From an uncultured Thermoanaerobaculia bacterium (GTDB taxonomy: Bacteria > Acidobacteriota > JBCCFW01), in the NCBI GenBank assembly GCA_964613915.1, contig CAZTIW010000007.1, positions 67,828 to 131,827 on the forward strand: DNA of 64,000 bases. Reading direction: 5' to 3'. Shown here one piece after another: positions 33,944 through 41,986 of the stretch (its first letter is position 1; each line of letters begins with the position of its first letter). The translations under genes and the position numbers were made by a program. The notes beneath the pieces were generated by a model. It was not told where the DNA came from. It searched no databases and saw only the letters and a list, made by a program, of their open reading frames with translations.

Positions 33944-35508
33944 GCCCGTCCGGGCACGCGACCCCGCGCGTTCCCGCAAGCCGCCTCGTCGCCACCTGCT
34001 GGGCCCGCGATCCGCTTGAACTCCTCGAGGCCGTGACCCGCGCCGCGAGCCGGCTGCGTGATGCCGGCGAGCCCCTCATCGAGGCCCGGCTCGACCTGTT
34101 GCAGACTCCCGCGGACGACGCCCTGCTGGCCGCGCTGGCACGGTCATCCCCGCGCGTCATCGCGACTTGCCGGCCGAGCGGTCCCGGCTGTCCCGCGGCC
34201 GAAGCGGATCGCCTGAGCCTGCTGCACCGGGCGGTCGCTCGCGGCGCCGCGGGGATCGACCTGGAACTCGGCGCCACGATCGAGTCGCTTCCGCAGAGCG
34301 CGACGTTGATCGCGTCACACCACGCGAGCGAGCCGCTCGATGCGGCGGCCACGGCGGCCGTCGCCCGCGCCCTCGCCGCCATGCGCCCGAGCATCGTCAA
34401 GCTGGCGATGCCGACGCTTTCTGCCGCCGACGGGCTCGCCTGGGCCGACGCCGCCGCGAGCGCGCTGCCGTCGAGCGTCGGCCTGGCGGCGGTGCCCCTG
34501 TCGCCGGCGGCAACCTGGATGCGGCACCTCGCCGGCTTCCCCGCGCTCGCCGGCGGGCGGCCCCTGTCGGCGCTGACCTACGTCGCCGAAGGCGCGCCGC
34601 TGCCCGGTCCCGCGCTCGGCCAGCCGAGCCTTCACGACGCGCTGGGCGATCTGCGCGTCTCCAGCGTCACCGGCGCCACGCGGGTCCACGCGGTCCTCGG
34701 CTGGCCGCTCGAGCACACCTGGTCGCCGGCGCTTCACGCGAGGCTCTTCACGGCGCGCGGCGAGGACGCGCGCCTGGTGGCGCTGCCCGTGCGTGACGGC
34801 GGGGAGGCGCGCCGCCTGCTCGAGCGCCTTCGCGTCCGCGGCGCCGCGCTGACGATGCCGCACAAGGCGCTCGCGCGCGATCTCGCGAGCCGCTGGCACG
34901 GCGCCGCCGGGCGGCTCGGCTCGGCCAACACGCTGCGCTGGCGTGATGGCGCGTGGGAAGCCGCGGACTTCGACGGTCCGGCGGCCGCCGGCGCGCTCGC
35001 CAGCGTGCTGGAGCTGAGGGACGCGGAGATCGCCGTGGCGGGCGCCGGTGGCGCCGCGCGCGCCGCGGCGCTCGCGCTCGTCGCTGCGGGCGCGCGCGTG
35101 CACGTTCTCGCGCGCGACGTCGCGGCGGCGCGCGAGGTCGCGGACCTGACGGGCGCCGCGGGGTCGGGCCCTCTCGATCCCGATCGCCTGCGACGGAGCG
35201 ATGCCCTCGTGAACGCGACGCCCGCCGGATCGCACGGCGTTCCCGGACTCCTCGCGACCGACGACGCGCTGCCGCGGCGGGCCGTGCTGGACATGGTCAC
35301 GACGCCCCACCGGACGGAACTGGTGGAGAGAGCGCGCGCGGCCGGCCTGAGCGTCGTGGACGGACTCGCGATGCTGGCCCGGCAGGCCGCGGCGCAGCAG
35401 CGGTTCTGGGCGGATGCGGAGGGCGCGACGGGGACGGGCGCGATGCTCGAAGCCGAACAGGTCGAGCGAACGCTCCGCGCGATCGTGCGCGAGGCCGGCG
35501 GCGCATGA
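33940..35508 (+). CDS. aroD-aroE: Fused type I 3-dehydroquinate dehydratase / shikimate dehydrogenase (divergent); start probably upstream of the ORF-track GTG
   Basis: EARLDLL, IATCR, DLEL, ASHH and IVKLA (AroD); GWPLEHTWSP, TMPHK, ANTL, AGAGGAARA and NATP (AroE). Frame open back through a CTG at 33940 that overlaps the M23 stop (CTGA). Confidence 0.8.
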   Translation: MSPSGHATPRVPASRLVATCWARDPLELLEAVTRAASRLRDAGEPLIEARLDLLQTPADDALLAALARSSPRVIATCRPSGPGCPAAEADRLSLLHRAVARGAAGIDLELGATIESLPQSATLIASHHASEPLDAAATAAVARALAAMRPSIVKLAMPTLSAADGLAWADAAASALPSSVGLAAVPLSPAATWMRHLAGFPALAGGRPLSALTYVAEGAPLPGPALGQPSLHDALGDLRVSSVTGATRVHAVLGWPLEHTWSPALHARLFTARGEDARLVALPVRDGGEARRLLERLRVRGAALTMPHKALARDLASRWHGAAGRLGSANTLRWRDGAWEAADFDGPAAAGALASVLELRDAEIAVAGAGGAARAAALALVAAGARVHVLARDVAAAREVADLTGAAGSGPLDPDRLRRSDALVNATPAGSHGVPGLLATDDALPRRAVLDMVTTPHRTELVERARAAGLSVVDGLAMLARQAAAQQRFWADAEGATGTGAMLEAEQVERTLRAIVREAGGA

Positions 35509-37943
35509 GCGGCTACGTCCGCGTCGCCATCGCGCAAGCTCACGGCGACCTGCTGACGTACCGGCTGCGGCCGGGCCAGGCGCCGCGCCCGGGCTCGCGC
35601 GTGGCCGTGCCGCTCGGCCGGCGGCGGGCGACGGGCTTCGTGGTCGAACTCCTGGACGCGCCTGATATCGCCGAGTCCGCGTTGCGCGACGTCAGCGAGG
35701 TGATCGACGACGAGCCTGCCTTCAGTCCCGCTCTCCTCGAGCTCGCGCGCTTCATCGCGGACTACTACCTCTGCCCGCTGGGCGAGGTCCTCCGTGCCAT
35801 GCATCCCGGCGGCGGGTCGCCGCAACGCCGCGTGCGACTCACGGCGCAGGGGCATCTCGCCCTCGCGGGACTCGCGCGCGGCGAGCGACAGCACGCCGTG
35901 CTCGCGGCGCTCGCCGCGGCCGCCGACGGCCTCGCGACCACCGCGCTCGCGCGCAAGGCGGGCAAGGGAAGCCTTGGCGTCCTGCGTGACCTCGAGCGGC
36001 GCGGCTTCATCGAGATCACGACGGTCATGCCGCGGGAGACGGGCGAGGCGTCGGTCATGGCCTACTCGCTCGCGCCGGGCACGCCGCTGATCTCCGCGCC
36101 CGCGCGCAAGGCGACGCTGGGCGAGCGCGCGCGCGGCGTTCTCGCCGAGGCGGTGGCGCCGCTGAGCGTGGCCGAGATCGCCGAAGCGCTGGGCGCGAGC
36201 GAGGGTTCGCTGAGACCGGCGCTGCGCAAGCTCGAAGCGTCGGGCGTCGTGCGGGCGAGCCGGCGCGTCATCGAGCGGTTGCCCGACGCGCCGCCGGCGC
36301 TCCCGGCGTCGCCTGGCGGGGCGGCGGAACGCGTGTTGACCCCCGGCCAGCAAGCGGCCCTCGAGGCCGCTCGCTTGCTCGTGGACGCCGGCAAGTTCGG
36401 CGTCGTGCTGATCGAGGGCGTGACGGGTTCCGGCAAGACGGAGGTCTATCTTCGCGCGCTCGAGCACGCGATCGCGCGCGGGCGGACGGGGCTCTATCTC
36501 GTTCCGGAGATCGCCATCACGCCGCTGCTGCTGCGGACCGTGCGCGCGCGGTTCGGCGAGCGCACGGCGATCCTCCACTCGGCGCTGTCCGAGGGCGAGC
36601 GGCGTGACGAGCGCGCCCGCGCGAGCGCCGGCGGAGCGGATGTCGTGGTCGGCGCGCGCTCGGCGGTGTTCGCGCCGATCCCGCGCCTCGGTCTCGTGAT
36701 CGTGGACGAGGAGCACGAGTCGTCCTACAAGCAGGACTCGGAGCCTCGCTACCACGGCCGGGATGTCGCCGTCGTGCGCGCCCGGCTCGAGGGCGCTGCC
36801 GTGCTGCTCGGCTCCGCCACCCCGTCGCTCGAGTCCTCGCGCAACGCCGAGACGGGTCGCTACGCGCTCGCGCGCATGCCGGAGCGAGCAGGTGGCGCGC
36901 AGCCAGCGCGCGTGGAACTCGTGGACATGCGCGCCGAGTGGCGAGCGACGGGCGGCGCCGCGCTGTCCCGCCGGCTGCGGCAGGCCCTAGACGCCACGCT
37001 CGCGGCCGGCCGGCAGGCCATCATGCTCTTGAACCGGCGCGGCTGGGCGGCCTTCGTGCTCTGCCGCGAGTGTGGCGAGCCCGAGCGCTGCGAGCACTGC
37101 GCCGTCTCGCTCACGGTGCACCTGCGCTCGCGGACCATCCTCTGCCACTACTGCGACTTCTCGCGCGAGATCCCGTCGGCGTGCCGCCGATGCGGCGGTT
37201 CCTACCTGCAGAACATCGGGCGCGGCACCGAGCAGCTCGAGAAGGAGCTCGCGCAGATTCTGCCCGGCGTGGCCGTGGCGCGCCTCGACGCGGACGTGGC
37301 CCGGCAGCGCGGCGCCGTGGGAGCCACGCTGGCGGACTTCGAGGCGGGCCGCACGCAGATCCTCGTGGGAACGCAGATGGTGGCGAAGGGGCACGACTTC
37401 CCGGGCGTCACGCTGGTCGGCGTGCTGCAGGCGGACCGATCGCTCTGGCTGCCGGACTTCCGGGCCTCGGAGAGGACGTTCCAGCTCCTGACACAGGTCG
37501 CGGGCCGCGCCGGCCGCCGGCAAGAGGAGGGCGTCGTGATCGTGCAGACCCACGCGCCCGATCACCCGGCCATCGCGATGGCGGCGACGCAGGACTACCC
37601 GCGCTTCTACGAGGCCGAGAGCCAGGGCCGGGAGGCGCTGGGCTACCCCCCGTTCACGCGCCTCATCGGCCTGCTGGTCAGCGGCCCCGACCAGCAGCAG
37701 GCGCGGGACGCGGCGAGCCGGTTGCGGGAGGCGCTGCGCGAGGAGATTCCCGAGGGCGTGCGCGTGCTCGGGCCGGCGCCGGCTCCGCTCGAGCGGCTCA
37801 AGGAGCGCTGGCGCTTCCAGGTGCTGGTGAAGACCCCGGAGCGCGGAAGCTCGCAGGCCGCCGTGCGGCGCGCGCTGCAGCGCCTGGTCATCCGGGAACC
37901 GCTGCGCGTGGACGTGGACGTGGATCCGCAATCGCTCCTGTGA
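35505..37943 (+). CDS. priA: Primosomal protein N' (replication restart helicase)
   Basis: GVTGSGKTEVY, LVPEI, VVGARSAVF, DEEHESSYKQ, four CxxC pairs, GTQMVAKGHDF and QVAGRAGR. Confidence 0.97.
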   Translation: MSGYVRVAIAQAHGDLLTYRLRPGQAPRPGSRVAVPLGRRRATGFVVELLDAPDIAESALRDVSEVIDDEPAFSPALLELARFIADYYLCPLGEVLRAMHPGGGSPQRRVRLTAQGHLALAGLARGERQHAVLAALAAAADGLATTALARKAGKGSLGVLRDLERRGFIEITTVMPRETGEASVMAYSLAPGTPLISAPARKATLGERARGVLAEAVAPLSVAEIAEALGASEGSLRPALRKLEASGVVRASRRVIERLPDAPPALPASPGGAAERVLTPGQQAALEAARLLVDAGKFGVVLIEGVTGSGKTEVYLRALEHAIARGRTGLYLVPEIAITPLLLRTVRARFGERTAILHSALSEGERRDERARASAGGADVVVGARSAVFAPIPRLGLVIVDEEHESSYKQDSEPRYHGRDVAVVRARLEGAAVLLGSATPSLESSRNAETGRYALARMPERAGGAQPARVELVDMRAEWRATGGAALSRRLRQALDATLAAGRQAIMLLNRRGWAAFVLCRECGEPERCEHCAVSLTVHLRSRTILCHYCDFSREIPSACRRCGGSYLQNIGRGTEQLEKELAQILPGVAVARLDADVARQRGAVGATLADFEAGRTQILVGTQMVAKGHDFPGVTLVGVLQADRSLWLPDFRASERTFQLLTQVAGRAGRRQEEGVVIVQTHAPDHPAIAMAATQDYPRFYEAESQGREALGYPPFTRLIGLLVSGPDQQQARDAASRLREALREEIPEGVRVLGPAPAPLERLKERWRFQVLVKTPERGSSQAAVRRALQRLVIREPLRVDVDVDPQSLL

Positions 37944-37978
37944 TCCCGCCCGGCGCTCGCGGCGCCTACAATCTCCGC

Positions 37979-38440
37979 GTGGTCCAGCCCGCCCTGACCT
38001 CGCGCCCGTCCCCGTGGATGGCTGGCCCCGCGCCTGCCGGGCGGCCCTCGCGGCGCGCGTCGTCCGCCGGAGGGTTCTCGCTCGTCGAGGCGCTGGCGGC
38101 CGTGACGATCCTGGGCTTCGCCCTGCTGATCGGCCTCGGCGTCGTCATCTGGGCTGATCGCCTCGAGCAGCGCGCGATGTTCCGCATGGCCGCGACGGAG
38201 CTCGCCGCGTCGGTGGCCGAGCGCGTCCGCTCGATGCCGTACGAGAGCGTGGCCTCGGGCAGCGTGGACCTGTCGAACGAGATCCTCCCTTCGCTCCCGG
38301 GGCGCGCGGTGCAACTCGACGTGCGCGAGGATCCGGATCTGCTGATGAAGCAGGTCGCCATCACCGTCTCGTGGGAGGCCAGTCCGCCGGGGCGCCTCCA
38401 GCTCGACACGGCGATCGGCTCCGCGGAGGTCTACCGATGA
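37979..38440 (+). CDS. Prepilin-like protein (PilV/GspI-like)
   Basis: AGG|FSLVEAL class III signal with Glu+5. GTG 37979 lies 6 nt after TACAAT; an alternative ATG is at 38018. Confidence 0.75.
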   Translation: MVQPALTSRPSPWMAGPAPAGRPSRRASSAGGFSLVEALAAVTILGFALLIGLGVVIWADRLEQRAMFRMAATELAASVAERVRSMPYESVASGSVDLSNEILPSLPGRAVQLDVREDPDLLMKQVAITVSWEASPPGRLQLDTAIGSAEVYR

Positions 38441-38934
38441 GGCTCCGTGACGCGCGCGGCGTCAGCATGGTGGAGGCCCTGGTCGCCATGCTGATCCTGA
38501 CCATCGTGTTCATCGCCGTCGGCTCGGTGTTCTCGAGCCTGGGGCGGCGGGCCGATCGCGAGGGGAGTCGCGCGCCGGGCATCGGCGGCCCGACGGAGGC
38601 GGCCGTGGAGCGCCTGGAGCGGGACTTGCTCATGGCCGAGCGCGTGAAGCGCGGGGGGAGCGCGCGCGATGGCGCCTTCCTGGTCATCGAGCTGGCCTCC
38701 GGCAGCCGCGTCGAGTGGGCGCTCTTGGACGAGCGCCTCCTGCGCTCGGAGTCCGACCCGGGCGCCGATCCGGAGGTGGAGCCGCGCGCGCGGCTCGTGC
38801 TCGATCGCGTGTGCCTGCTCGAGCTGCGGTCGAGGGGGCATGGCCTCGTCGATCTCGCGCTGCGCCGCGGTGACGAGCCCCTGCGCGCGCGCACCGTGCT
38901 CTTGCGCAACGCGGATCCGGGCGGCGGACCGTGA
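38437..38934 (+). CDS. Prepilin-like protein (PilW/GspJ-like)
   Basis: ARG|VSMVEALVAMLIL, then LERLERDLLMA. ATGA overlap. Confidence 0.75.
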   Translation: MRLRDARGVSMVEALVAMLILTIVFIAVGSVFSSLGRRADREGSRAPGIGGPTEAAVERLERDLLMAERVKRGGSARDGAFLVIELASGSRVEWALLDERLLRSESDPGADPEVEPRARLVLDRVCLLELRSRGHGLVDLALRRGDEPLRARTVLLRNADPGGGP

Positions 38935-39341
38935 GGCGATCGCGGCGCGGGAGCGCGCTCGTCGTGGCGCTGATGCTGCTCGCCATCCTGCACGCGCTCG
39001 TGCTCGCGGTGACGGCGCGCGCCATCGTGGCTTCCCGGGCGGTTCGCCGGGCCGAGGATCGCTCGCGCGCGCTGAACGCGGCCGAGGCCGGCCTGGCGGA
39101 CGCCGTGCAGCGCATGCTCGTGGACAACGTGCCCTCGCGCGGCGAGGGGCGAACGGGAACCTGCGCGTGGGAGGTCGAGGCCGGAGAGGAGCTCCGCGCG
39201 CCCGGCCTGAGCGTGGCCACGTTCGACGCCGAGGCCCGCTGCCGGGAGCAGTCGCGACGGCTGGTCCTGCGCCTCGTGGTCGAGCGCGATCACGTGCTGT
39301 CCATCCGCGCCATCCGCCGCCTGGACTGGACGCCGCGCTGA
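38931..39341 (+). CDS. Short PilX/GspK-like protein
   Basis: RRG|SALVVALMLLAIL...RALNAAEAGL. No Glu+5. GTGA overlap. Confidence 0.75.
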   Translation: MRRSRRGSALVVALMLLAILHALVLAVTARAIVASRAVRRAEDRSRALNAAEAGLADAVQRMLVDNVPSRGEGRTGTCAWEVEAGEELRAPGLSVATFDAEARCREQSRRLVLRLVVERDHVLSIRAIRRLDWTPR

Positions 39342-39374
39342 CGGAGGCCGCGGCGGCGCGGCCCCGCGACGCGG

Positions 39375-40355
39375 TCAGCCCGCCGTGCCCGCCGCGCGGG
39401 CGCGCGTCCACCAGTCGATCGCGTCGAGCAGGCCAGCGCGCAGGTCGCGGCTCGGACGCCATGCAGTCTCGGCGAGCAGGCGGCCCGGGAGGCCCGTCAT
39501 CACGTCGGCGTCGCCAGGCGGGCGCGGGCGCGCGCCGAACTTCACGAGATCGGGGCGGCCCATCTCGGCGCCGACGATTTCGAGAACGTGGCGCAGGGTG
39601 GCGGGATCGCCCGACACCACGTTGACCGCGCCGGTGAGCGGGGACTCCATCAGCGCGACGAATGCGGCGGCGACATCGTCCACGTGCACGAAGTCGCGCT
39701 GCTGCCGGCCATCGGTCGTCTCGATGGGCTCGCCCGCGAGGAGCGCGCGGATCACCGCAGGGATGAGCCGGGCCGGGTGCTCGTGAGGGCCGAAGGGATG
39801 GAAGACGCGGCCCCAGGCGGCCGAGGTCCCGGCGCCTTCCGACCGGGCGAGCCAGTCGCGGCGCAGCGCGTCCTTGCTCGCTCCGTAGAGCGTGTCCGGA
39901 TGGCAGGGGGTGGCCGCCTCATCGCAGGGACCGGCATGCGGGCCGTACTCGGCGACGCTTCCCGCGGCCACGACCCGGCGCGCGCCACTTTCGAGGCAGG
40001 CCTCGAGCAGCTCGAGGCTGGCTCGCGTCCAGGCCACGTTGTCGGGCGTGGTCCAGAACTCGCCCGGCGTCGCGTTCCACGCGAGGTGGAGCACGTGCGT
40101 GGCTCGGACCGCGTGCGCGAGTTCCGTCGGAGCGCCCGGGCGGAGCAGGTCCGTCGTCCGCCACCGGCCGGGATCCTTCGCCCAGGCCGGCACGCTGCGC
40201 GCGACCGGGACGACGTCGTGGCCGCGTCGTTCGAGACGGGCCACGCACGCGCGTCCGATGAACCCGCTCGCGCCGGTCACGAGCACGCGGTGCGGCCGCG
40301 CGGCGGGTGACGTGGCGTTCGCGGGCTCGGCGCGCGGGGGACGTGGCTGGCTCAC
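39375..40355 (-). CDS. NAD-dependent epimerase/dehydratase (extended SDR)
   Basis: VLVTGASGFIG, VLHLAW, GSVAEYG, YGASK and RDFVHVDDVA motifs. Confidence 0.88.
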   Translation of the reverse strand: MSQPRPPRAEPANATSPAARPHRVLVTGASGFIGRACVARLERRGHDVVPVARSVPAWAKDPGRWRTTDLLRPGAPTELAHAVRATHVLHLAWNATPGEFWTTPDNVAWTRASLELLEACLESGARRVVAAGSVAEYGPHAGPCDEAATPCHPDTLYGASKDALRRDWLARSEGAGTSAAWGRVFHPFGPHEHPARLIPAVIRALLAGEPIETTDGRQQRDFVHVDDVAAAFVALMESPLTGAVNVVSGDPATLRHVLEIVGAEMGRPDLVKFGARPRPPGDADVMTGLPGRLLAETAWRPSRDLRAGLLDAIDWWTRARAAGTAG

Positions 40356-40366
40356 GCGGCGCGCCG

Positions 40367-41254
40367 TCAGAGTCCGCGCGCTCGCTCGGGTCGCAGGGGC
40401 ACCCGGCCGTCGAGCGCCGCGTCGATGAGAGCCACGAGGCGATCGCGATCGCGCGGCAGGCGTCCGGCGATGGGCAGGTAGTTCGACGCGTGGTTCGTCC
40501 GAAAGAGGGCGTCGGTCGGGGCCGCCCCGGCGATGAGCGTGCGGAGCTCCGCGAGCAGGTCGCGCACGTCCGGGAGCTCGAACCGTCCCGTCTCCTGGAG
40601 GCGGGCGATGGGCGTGCCCGGCACCACCGTGAGCGTGAGCGCCGCGGCGTATCGCGGGTCCATTTCCGTCAGGAGCCGCGCCGACTCGATCGCGTGCTGC
40701 GCGGAGCGCGCGACGCCACCGGCGCCGAGCAAGAAGATGACCGAGAGATCGAGCCCCGCGCCGCGCGCCCGCCGCGCGGCCTCGACGTGATCGTCGAACG
40801 TGGCGCCCTTGGCGATCCGGCGCAGGGTCTCGTCGTCGCCCGACTCGGGTCCGATGTAGAGCAGCGAGAGTCCCGCCTCGCGCAGGGCGTTCAGCTCCGC
40901 CGGGGTCTTCTCGAGGATGTTGCGCGCCATGGCGTAGCAGGAGACCCGCTCGAGGCGCGGAAAGACGGCGCGACAGGCTGCGAGAATATCCGCCCAGAGG
41001 GCGGGAGGGATGATCAGCGCGTCGCCGTCGGCGACGAACACCTTCGTGACGGCGGGTCCCGCGAGGCGCCCGGCAGCGGCGACATCGGCGAGGATGTCGG
41101 CTCGGTCCCGCACGCGGAACTGCTTGTCGCGATACATGTCGCAGTACGTGCAGTGGTTCCAGGAGCAGCCGATCGTCGCCTGCAGGATGAACGCGTCCGC
41201 CTCGCTCGGCGGCCGGTAGATGCGGCCCTCGTAGGGCGTGATGGTCTGGCTCAC
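40367..41254 (-). CDS. Radical SAM protein
   Basis: YEGRIYRPPSEA...GCSWNHCTYCDMY (CxxxCxxC), FVADGDAL, YIGPESG and FRTNHASNY. Confidence 0.9.
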   Translation of the reverse strand: MSQTITPYEGRIYRPPSEADAFILQATIGCSWNHCTYCDMYRDKQFRVRDRADILADVAAAGRLAGPAVTKVFVADGDALIIPPALWADILAACRAVFPRLERVSCYAMARNILEKTPAELNALREAGLSLLYIGPESGDDETLRRIAKGATFDDHVEAARRARGAGLDLSVIFLLGAGGVARSAQHAIESARLLTEMDPRYAAALTLTVVPGTPIARLQETGRFELPDVRDLLAELRTLIAGAAPTDALFRTNHASNYLPIAGRLPRDRDRLVALIDAALDGRVPLRPERARGL

Positions 41255-41335
41255 GCAGGCGATCATGCCATCGCGGCCGCGCACGCCGCGTGCGGCCGGG
41301 CGGTTCTGCGGCCGGCCCATGGCATGCTGCGGGTC

Positions 41336-41986
41336 GTGGATGCGCGAGGAGGTCATCCAGGTGCCGGTCAGGGCTCGCCCGGGGGTCGGTGTGTCGCCTC
41401 ATGGCGGGCGCTGGTGGTGGTCGCGCTGGCGGCGGCGAGCGGGGCGTGCAGGTTGGCCACGACGGGCCCGGTCGCGCCGGGTCCGGCCACGACGAGCGTT
41501 CGCGATCTGGACGGCCGAGATGTTTCGCCACTGACGTCGGGCCGGGCCCGCGTGACGGTGCTGGTCTTCACGCGCACCGACTGTCCCATCGCCAACCGGC
41601 ATGCGCCGGAGATCAACCGGCTGCACCGGGAGTTCGAGCCACGCGGCGTCGCGTTCTGGCTCGTGTACCTCGACCGGCACGAGGGTTCGGATCGGCTGCG
41701 CGCGCACCGCGCCCAGTACGGCTACTCGTGCGCCGCGCTGCGAGACGACGACCACGCGCTCGTCGCGATGACGGGAGTCCGCGTGACCCCGGAGGTCGCC
41801 GTGTTCGCGGGCGGGCGGATGGTGTATCGCGGCCGGATCGACAACCGCGTTCAGGACTTCGGCAAGGAGCGAGCCGTCGCGTCGCGTCACGATCTCGCCC
41901 TGGCGCTCGAGGCCGCTCTCGAGGGCCGGGTCGTGGATCCGGCGACCACGACGGCTGTCGGCTGCTTCATCCGGGATCTGCGATGA
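41336..41986 (+). CDS. Thioredoxin-fold redoxin (AhpC/TSA-like) lipoprotein
   Basis: Lipobox ASGAC, then VLVFTRTDCPIAN...FWLVY...TPEVAVF...YRGRIDN...TTAVGCFI. Start GTG 41336 chosen from promoter spacing. Confidence 0.8.
   Translation: MDARGGHPGAGQGSPGGRCVASWRALVVVALAAASGACRLATTGPVAPGPATTSVRDLDGRDVSPLTSGRARVTVLVFTRTDCPIANRHAPEINRLHREFEPRGVAFWLVYLDRHEGSDRLRAHRAQYGYSCAALRDDDHALVAMTGVRVTPEVAVFAGGRMVYRGRIDNRVQDFGKERAVASRHDLALALEAALEGRVVDPATTTAVGCFIRDLR

Noticed and set aside
39375-41531. Apparent 718-aa epimerase and 1013-aa TPR ORFs
   Set aside because: The extensions overlap the radical SAM and redoxin genes out of frame. The true starts are near 40355 and 41983.
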